Shown in pieces: positions 6,631-13,552 of a DNA stretch of 13,552 nucleotides. A program made the translations under genes and the position numbers. The notes under the pieces are model-generated. The model was not told where the DNA came from, searched no databases, and saw only the letters and a program-made list of their open reading frames with translations. The DNA comes from Candidatus Eiseniibacteriota bacterium (GTDB lineage: Bacteria > Eisenbacteria > RBG-16-71-46). How positions within the stretch are numbered: the first letter of the stretch is position 1; every line of letters starts with the position of its first letter. The DNA is taken from positions 1-13,552 of the forward strand of contig JANLWX010000206.1 of NCBI GenBank assembly GCA_031364845.1. The letters run 5' to 3'.

Positions 6631-6703
6631 CGACCGGCTCTGACCGCACTGAGACGCATTCGCGCTGAAACGCACCGAGCGCTCCTGTCCGCCCGAGGAC
6701 CCT

Positions 6704-7702
<999 letters not shown>

Positions 7703-7753
7703 CCGGCACGGGCGTTGCGCGATCACGACGCCCGGCCGCCTGCGGAGAATCCG

Positions 7754-9151
7754 ATGGCCACCGTTTCCCACGCGACGCCCCGTCCCGCTCTGGAACTCGC
7801 GCGCCAGATCGGCCTCTACGCGGCCACCGCGATCACGGTCGGCAACATCATCGGCTCGGGCATCTTCCGTTCGCCGCATTCGGTCGCGCAGGAACTGCAC
7901 TCGGTTCCACTCGTCATCGCCGCGTGGGTGCTGGGCGGCGTGCTGTCCTTGTGCGGATCGCTGGCGCTCGCGGAACTCGCCGTCACGCATCCGAAGACCG
8001 GCGGGCTGTATGTGTTCATCCGCGAGGGGTTCGGCAACGCATGGGGCTTCGTGTTCGGCTGGGCGAGCCTGTGGGTGATCAAGCCGACGGTGATCGCCTC
8101 GATCACGAGCGTGTTCGCGCTCTACTTCTGCGAAGCACTCCACCTGCCGCACGCCGCCGAACTCGGCGTGGGGATCGCCGCGATCCTGCTGCTCACGTTC
8201 GTGAACTGGCTGGGCGTGAAGGAAGGTGCGCGCACGCAGTCGGTGTTCACGACCTTGAAGCTGATCGGGATTCTGGCGCTGGTGGTGCTCGCCTTCACCA
8301 TGCACGCGACGCATCCCGCGGGACCGCTGCCGGAAGGCGCCACGAGCGGGGCTCTGTCCACGCGTCCGTTGATGATGGCGCTGGTGGTCGCGATGATTCC
8401 GATCCTGTTCGCCTACGATGGCTGGACCGACTGCACCTACGTCGGCGGCGAGGTCGTGAACCCGGCGCGCAATCTGCCGATCGCGATCGTGTGGGGCACG
8501 GCCCTCGTGATCGCGACCTACGTGCTCACGAACCTCGCGTACTTCCGCGTGCTGTCGCCGGGTGACGTCGCGACCTATCCCGCTGTGGGCTCCGAAGCGA
8601 TCGGACGCCTGCTCGGCGACTGGGGCCGCCACGCGCTCGCGGTGCTGGTGGCCATCTCGACGTTCGGCACCACCAACGGCGCGATCTTGACCGGACCGCG
8701 CGTCACGCAGGCGATGGCGGCAGATGGGTTGCTGTGGAAACCGCTCGCCCGGCTTGATCCGGCGCGCGGAACGCCGAGCGCCGCGTTGTGGGTGCAGGCG
8801 ATTCTCGCGTGCGTGTGGCTGGCACTCGCCGGCGGCTTCGAAGACGTCTCGGGCTGGTTCGTCACAACGTCGTGGCTGTTCTACGGGCTCACGACCGCGG
8901 CGTTGTTCGTCCAGCGCCGGCGCGAGCGTGAGTCCAACGGCGCGATCGCGCCCGCGACGTATCGCACGCCGCTCTATCCGCTCACGCCGCTCCTGTTCGT
9001 GATCGTCACGGTCGCGATCATCGCGAGCGACCTGTCGACGAGTGGCTGGCGCGCGGCGGCCGGCGTCATCATCGCGGCACTCGGCTTCCCGGTGTACTTC
9101 CTGTGGAAGGGACGGCGCGCCGGCGCCGTGGGCAGGGCATCGCATGAATGA
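7754..9151 (+). CDS. APC-superfamily amino acid permease (LAT/SteT-like)
   Basis: TM1 motif ITVGNIIGSGIF, AELA..HPKTGGLYVFIREGFG, LFAYDGW....VGGEVVNPARNLP, PRV..AMAADGL, GTPSAAL and YRTPLYPLTP, with about 12 hydrophobic segments. ATG 7754 has the RBS GGAGA. Confidence 0.95.
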   Translation: MATVSHATPRPALELARQIGLYAATAITVGNIIGSGIFRSPHSVAQELHSVPLVIAAWVLGGVLSLCGSLALAELAVTHPKTGGLYVFIREGFGNAWGFVFGWASLWVIKPTVIASITSVFALYFCEALHLPHAAELGVGIAAILLLTFVNWLGVKEGARTQSVFTTLKLIGILALVVLAFTMHATHPAGPLPEGATSGALSTRPLMMALVVAMIPILFAYDGWTDCTYVGGEVVNPARNLPIAIVWGTALVIATYVLTNLAYFRVLSPGDVATYPAVGSEAIGRLLGDWGRHALAVLVAISTFGTTNGAILTGPRVTQAMAADGLLWKPLARLDPARGTPSAALWVQAILACVWLALAGGFEDVSGWFVTTSWLFYGLTTAALFVQRRRERESNGAIAPATYRTPLYPLTPLLFVIVTVAIIASDLSTSGWRAAAGVIIAALGFPVYFLWKGRRAGAVGRASHE

Positions 9152-9911
9152 ATCCATCGCGACGCCCTACGTCGATCCCGCGCTCTACGATGTCGTCTAC
9201 TCGTGGTATCACGACGACCTCGCGTTCTATGTCGACCTCGCGAAGGCATCGCGCGGGCCGGTGCTCGAGGTCGCGTGCGGCACCGGGCGCATCCTGCTGC
9301 CGACCGCTGCGGCGGGTGTGGACATCGACGGCATCGATCTCGAGCCCGCGATGATCGCGCGTTTGAAGGCGAAGGCAGAGGCGGTACCGCTCAAGGTGCG
9401 CGTGAGCGTCGCCGACATGCGCGACTTCACGATGCCGCGCCGCTACGCCCTGATCACGATTCCGTTTCGCGCGTTCATGCATCTGCCGACCACCGAGGAT
9501 CAGATCCAGGCACTTCGCTGCATCCGCGAGCACCTCGAGCCTGAGGGTTCGCTGGTGCTGAACCTGTTCTATCCCAATCACGCCTACATCGCAGAGCATC
9601 GCGACCAGCGCCTGCCCGAACGTGAGTTCGCACATCCGGTGACGGGGCGCCCGGTCAGCCTGTGGTCGACGCAGCGCTACGACATCGTGCGGCAGACGCT
9701 CGAGTCCGACCGCGAGGTGATCGAGACCGGCGAAGGCGGCGGGAACACGACGCATCAGTATCGCTTCACGCTGCGCTGGGTCTACCGGTTCGAGATGGAG
9801 CTGCTGCTGCGCGCCGCGGGATTCACACGCTGGGACGTGCGCGGCGGCTTCGACGGGCGCTCGCTCGAACATCCTCACGACGAAATGGTGTGGACCGCAT
9901 GGAAAGGCTGA
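9144..9911 (+). CDS. Class I SAM-dependent methyltransferase (paralog 1)
   Basis: Motif I GPVLEVACGTGRI, post-I GIDLEPAM, motif II ADMRDF, and HLEPEGSLV. ATG 9144 overlaps the permease stop (ATGAATGA). Confidence 0.93.
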   Translation: MNESIATPYVDPALYDVVYSWYHDDLAFYVDLAKASRGPVLEVACGTGRILLPTAAAGVDIDGIDLEPAMIARLKAKAEAVPLKVRVSVADMRDFTMPRRYALITIPFRAFMHLPTTEDQIQALRCIREHLEPEGSLVLNLFYPNHAYIAEHRDQRLPEREFAHPVTGRPVSLWSTQRYDIVRQTLESDREVIETGEGGGNTTHQYRFTLRWVYRFEMELLLRAAGFTRWDVRGGFDGRSLEHPHDEMVWTAWKG

Positions 9912-9913
9912 GC

Positions 9914-10765
9914 GTGAAGCGCGCGCCGGAGCGCGATGAGTCCGAGATGTCCGCTGCGCCGTCGAGCGTGAGCACGTCCGCCACGCTGATGCCGTCCGGC
10001 GAGCCGCTGTTGTCGCCTTACGAAGCGCCCGATCTCTACGATCTGCTGTTCGAGTCGTTCGTGTTCGACGTGCCCTACTGGATGAACGTGGGCAAGACCG
10101 CGAATGGCCCGGTGCTCGATGTAGCGTGCGGCACCGGACGCATCCTGCTGCGGCTGCTCGAAGCCGGTGTCGATGTCGACGGTGTCGATGCGTTCCCGCT
10201 CATGCTCGAACAGTTGCGCAAGAAGGCGCAGGCGCGCGGCCTCGAGGCGCGCGTGTATCAGGCCGACATGCGCGACTTCACCATGCCGCGCCGCTACGAT
10301 CGCGCGATCTGTGCGTTCAACGCGTTCGCCCATTGCGAGACGACGGACGAACAGATCCAGGCGCTGCTGTGCATTCGCGAGCATCTGGAGCCGGGCGGCG
10401 CGCTGGTGTTGCACATGTCGTACCCGAGCCTCTCGCTGTGGACCGACCCGAGTGGCGAGCCGGTGTTGGAACTCCGGTCCACGCATCCGATCAACGGCAA
10501 CACGCTCGAGTTGTGGGACACGCGCTACAAGAACATCGTCGGCCAATGCCAGCGCTCGCAGATGGAAGTGCGCGAGCTCGACGCCGCCGGAAACCTCGTG
10601 GACTCGCAGCGCTTCGAGACCACGCAACGCTGGATCTACCGCCACGAACTCGAACTGCTGCTGCGCCACGCGGGCTTCACGCGCTGGGACATTCGTGGGG
10701 GCTTCGAGAACGAGCCGCTCGAACGCGACGACCAGCAGATGCTGGTCTGGGCGTGGCGGGACTGA
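9914..10765 (+). CDS. Class I SAM-dependent methyltransferase (paralog 2)
   Basis: GPVLDVACGTGRI, GVDAFPLM, ADMRDF and HLEPGGALV; collinear with paralog 1. The start is uncertain: GTG 9914 (GGAAAGG upstream, 2 nt after the previous stop), ATG 9947 or ATG 9989. Confidence 0.92.
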   Translation: MKRAPERDESEMSAAPSSVSTSATLMPSGEPLLSPYEAPDLYDLLFESFVFDVPYWMNVGKTANGPVLDVACGTGRILLRLLEAGVDVDGVDAFPLMLEQLRKKAQARGLEARVYQADMRDFTMPRRYDRAICAFNAFAHCETTDEQIQALLCIREHLEPGGALVLHMSYPSLSLWTDPSGEPVLELRSTHPINGNTLELWDTRYKNIVGQCQRSQMEVRELDAAGNLVDSQRFETTQRWIYRHELELLLRHAGFTRWDIRGGFENEPLERDDQQMLVWAWRD

Positions 10766-11679
10766 TGGCCATCGAAAGCGCACGCGGCAGCCAGAGATTC
10801 CTCGACCCGGCGGTGGTGGCGCGCCTCGGGCACCTCGACGTGCGCGCGCGCGCGGTGGTCGAAGGGTTCATCTCGGGCATGCACCGTTCGCCGTTCCATG
10901 GATTCAGCGTGGAGTTCGCCGAGCACCGGCCCTACATGCCGGGCGATCCGCTCAAGAACATCGACTGGAAGGTGTGGGGTCGTAGCGACCGCTACCTGGT
11001 GAAGCAGTACACCGAGGAAACCAACCTCCGCTCGCATCTGCTCATCGATCTGTCGGGCTCGATGGCGTTCAAGTCCTCGCGCGCGGCGATGAGCAAGATC
11101 GAGTACGCGCAGTCGGTCGCGGCCGCCCTCGCGTACCTCATGATCCATCAGCAGGACGCCGTGGGCGCGCTGCTGTTCGCCGAGCATCCGGTAGCCTACG
11201 TGCCACCGCGCGCGGTGCGCTCGCACCTCGACGTGCTGCTCAAGACGTTCGCGGCCCACGCGCCGCAGGGCAAAACGCGGCTCGGACCCGCGCTGCACGA
11301 GCTGGCCGAGCGCATCAAGCGTCGCGGGCTCGTGATTTTGTGCTCGGATCTCATGGACAAGCCCGAAGATGTTCTCTCGGGGCTGCAGCACTTCCGCCAT
11401 CGCGGACACGAAGTGGTGGTGCTGCACATTCTCGATCCCGACGAGATCGAGTTTCCTTATACCGACACGGCGACGTTCGTCGACATGGAGAGCGGCGACC
11501 GTCTCACCACCGAGCCGTGGGAGATCGCGCGCCGCTATCGCGAGAAGCTCGCCGCGTGGACCGAGTTCTATCGCCGCAACTGCCGCGAGCGCATGATCGA
11601 CTACGTGCAGATCGACACGCGCACGCCGTTCGATCGCGCGCTGCTGGCCTATCTCGAGAAGCGCGCGAGGCTGATGTGA
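10765..11679 (+). CDS. DUF58 domain protein (MoxR-associated, VWA-like)
   Basis: VVEGFISGMHRSPFHGFSVEFAEHRPYMPGDPLKNIDWKVWGRSDRYLVKQYTEETN, MIDAS-like IDLSGSM, ILCSDL and GHEVVVLHILDPDE. The ATG overlaps the previous stop (TGATG). Confidence 0.96.
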   Translation: MAIESARGSQRFLDPAVVARLGHLDVRARAVVEGFISGMHRSPFHGFSVEFAEHRPYMPGDPLKNIDWKVWGRSDRYLVKQYTEETNLRSHLLIDLSGSMAFKSSRAAMSKIEYAQSVAAALAYLMIHQQDAVGALLFAEHPVAYVPPRAVRSHLDVLLKTFAAHAPQGKTRLGPALHELAERIKRRGLVILCSDLMDKPEDVLSGLQHFRHRGHEVVVLHILDPDEIEFPYTDTATFVDMESGDRLTTEPWEIARRYREKLAAWTEFYRRNCRERMIDYVQIDTRTPFDRALLAYLEKRARLM

Positions 11680-12293
11680 TCCTGCGCATCACGGCAGCGA
11701 TCGTGCTGCTCGCCGGACTTTCCGCGTTCTCGATCTACCTGCACATGCTCGGCAAATTTCCGACCGCGAGCATCGCTGCGCGGCACCTGCGCGCGATGAA
11801 GGACCGTGTGAACTCACCGGACTCGGCGCTCGCCACCACCTACGAGGCGATGGCGGCACTCCCACGCAATCTTTCGGTCGGTGAGTATTCGGGCATCGAG
11901 CGCCGGGCCGTCACACTCGAAGGCTACGTGCAGCGCATGGTGCGCGCGGCGGATGACGACGTGCACATCGAGCTGGTCCCCGAGAAGCGCATACCCGGCG
12001 ATCCGAATCTTCAGTACATCACTGCCGAAATCACGCCCCAATGGCGCCGTGGTTCGGAGCGCTGGCGGTGGCCGCGCCTGGTCGAGTTGTTCCATCCGAA
12101 TTACGGCGGCACCACGCCTTGGGAAGGCGGCACGCAAATCGTGCGGCTCACCGGCTGGCTGCTATACGACTACGAATACGAAGGCGCCCCCGCGTACGGC
12201 CGCGCGCGTCTCGCGTCGTGGGAATTGCATCCGGTCACACGCATCGAGCGCTGGGATGACGTAACCGCTGCGTTCGTGGAGTACCCGCGATGA
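11676..12293 (+). CDS. Hypothetical N-terminally anchored protein (205 aa), possibly OB-fold-like
   Basis: GTG 11676 overlaps the DUF58 stop (GTGA), and its own stop overlaps the next ATG (ATGA). The N-terminus ILRITAAIVLLAGLSAFSIYL is hydrophobic. Motifs VTLEGYV, ADDDVHIEL, ITAEITP, VRLTGWLLYD and WELHPVTRIE. Confidence 0.8.
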   Translation: MILRITAAIVLLAGLSAFSIYLHMLGKFPTASIAARHLRAMKDRVNSPDSALATTYEAMAALPRNLSVGEYSGIERRAVTLEGYVQRMVRAADDDVHIELVPEKRIPGDPNLQYITAEITPQWRRGSERWRWPRLVELFHPNYGGTTPWEGGTQIVRLTGWLLYDYEYEGAPAYGRARLASWELHPVTRIERWDDVTAAFVEYPR

Positions 12294-13552
12294 ACTTTCT
12301 CAACCCGCTGTTCCTGTTCGGGCTCGCCGCGGCCTCGATCCCGATCATCATCCATCTGTTCACTCGCCGGCGTCCCAAGGAGATCCGCTTTCCCTCGCTC
12401 GAATTCCTGTCCGAGGTGAACCAGAGCGAGATCCGCCGGCTCAAGATCAAGCAGTGGCTGTTGCTGCTGCTGCGCACACTCGCGATCGCAGCACTCGCGA
12501 TCGCGATTTCGCGCCCCGCCGTGCGCGGCAGCGTGGGATCCAAGAGCGGTGCGGCGACCACCGTCGTCGTGCTCGTGGATCAGAGCGGGAGCATGAGTGC
12601 TGCCGCCAGCGGCAGCCGCCAGGGCACGCTGCTCGATCAGGCGAAGCGCGTGGCCGAGGATCTCCAGACCACGCTCGGGCCGCAGGACGAGATCCAACTC
12701 GTCCCCTACGACGCCGGGCCGCATCCCGCCACACCGCGTCCGAGTTCGGACCTCGGGCGCATGCGTGCCGCCGTACAGTCGATCACGCCGACCGCGCGCG
12801 TGACCGACCATGCGAGCGCGATCGACTTCGCCGCGCGCGCGCTGAGTGAATCGCGCGCGCTCAATCGCGAGCTGTTCTGGATCTCGGATTTCCAGCGCGT
12901 GGGCTTCGCGGCGCCGGCGACAGGCGGCAACGCGGGAGCCACGACGGCGGATGCCGCGGTGCCCGCGCGCTTCACGGCACCCGACGGTCCGTGGGATCGC
13001 GCGCGCGTCTACCTCGTGCCGCTGGCACCTCGCAGCCGCGCGAACGCGTTGCTGTCCGATGCCGCGCTCGCGCCCACCGAAGGCGAACTCGCGCTATCGG
13101 TGACCGGAACTTCGTTCGGCGCGCCCGCCGGCGATCTCGCGATCGACGTGCGCGAAGCCCGCACCGACGCCGAGTTGGGCCGCGGCTTCCTCGATCTGCC
13201 CGAGCGCGGCGAGGCGTCCACACTGCTCCCGCTCGCGCGCATGCCCGAGCAGGGCGGCATCGCCCGGATCCCCGACGATGCGCTGGCGCTCGACAACACG
13301 CGTGTGTTCGCGGCCGGGCGCTCGGGAACGCTGCGCGTGCTGGTGCGCGAAGACGGCGGACCTTCGCCGCTGCGCCTCGCGCTCGAAGCCGGCGCGCCCG
13401 CATCCGGGCTCGCGCCCGAAGCCGTCGATGCCGCGACACTGCCCACGCGGTTGCGCGACGCGGACGCGGTCGTAATCCACGATGTCGAACGCCTCGGCTC
13501 GGTCGAGCTGCAGGCGGTGCTCGACTTCCACCGCGCGGGCGGCGCGCTGCTG
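12290..13552 (+). CDS. BatA N-terminal double-transmembrane plus VWA domain protein, 3'-truncated by the window edge
   Basis: Absent from the ORF track because it has no stop in the window. Manual translation from ATG 12290 gives MNFLNPLFLFGLAAASIPIIIHLFTRRRPKEIRFPSLEFL...QWLLLLLRTLAIAALAIAISRP, then MIDAS VVLVDQSGSM, VTDH and FWISDFQ. It ends in ...AVLDFHRAGGALL, which resembles the start of a GATase-I-like domain. Confidence 0.93.
   Translation, partial: MNFLNPLFLFGLAAASIPIIIHLFTRRRPKEIRFPSLEFLSEVNQSEIRRLKIKQWLLLLLRTLAIAALAIAISRPAVRGSVGSKSGAATTVVVLVDQSGSMSAAASGSRQGTLLDQAKRVAEDLQTTLGPQDEIQLVPYDAGPHPATPRPSSDLGRMRAAVQSITPTARVTDHASAIDFAARALSESRALNRELFWISDFQRVGFAAPATGGNAGATTADAAVPARFTAPDGPWDRARVYLVPLAPRSRANALLSDAALAPTEGELALSVTGTSFGAPAGDLAIDVREARTDAELGRGFLDLPERGEASTLLPLARMPEQGGIARIPDDALALDNTRVFAAGRSGTLRVLVREDGGPSPLRLALEAGAPASGLAPEAVDAATLPTRLRDADAVVIHDVERLGSVELQAVLDFHRAGGALL

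Noticed and set aside
9662..9913. Apparent long overlap or fusion of MTase2 with the end of MTase1 (367-aa ORF)
   Set aside because: The extension is an off-frame reading of MTase1. Homology between the paralogs begins only near PYEAPDLYD, and I see no slippery site suggesting a programmed frameshift.
10126..10764. 213-aa N-terminal extension on DUF58 (517-aa ORF)
   Set aside because: Off-frame shadow of MTase2. The DUF58 family N-terminus starts at ATG 10765, which overlaps the upstream stop.
7754..10765. RiPP or secondary-metabolite cluster, or a glycine-betaine synthesis (GSMT/SDMT) assignment
   Set aside because: There is no precursor peptide or core biosynthetic enzyme in the window. 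The MTases show only generic class I motifs, so a specific pathway cannot be supported.
11340..11675. N-terminal extension of the hypothetical protein (317-aa ORF)
   Set aside because: It overlaps DUF58 out of frame and has shadow-like composition. GTG 11676 gives a coupled start followed directly by a signal/anchor helix.

Overview
High-GC bacterial chromosomal window, almost entirely coding and almost all on the + strand. The FlgD-Ig/T9SS-like C-terminal tail on the protease suggests an FCB-group organism, possibly a Ca. Eisenbacteria-like lineage, but that is inference only. In order: (1) a 5'-truncated HNH endonuclease with a RuvA-C-terminal-like tail; (2) a secreted S8 subtilase followed closely by an Asp-box (BNR) beta-propeller lipoprotein; (3) a DGPF/YciI gene and an ECF42-type sigma factor, with a good match to the ECF42 target promoter upstream and a long stem-loop between the two genes; (4) a small minus-strand lipoprotein; (5) a tightly packed MoxR AAA+ / DUF58 / BatA-VWA operon that runs off the window. 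The operon is unusual because an APC amino-acid permease and two paralogous SAM methyltransferases lie between moxR and DUF58, and an unnamed membrane-anchored protein lies between DUF58 and the VWA gene. I saw no rRNA, tRNA, CRISPR array or transposase. All family calls come from motif recognition by eye; no database searches or folding programs were run.
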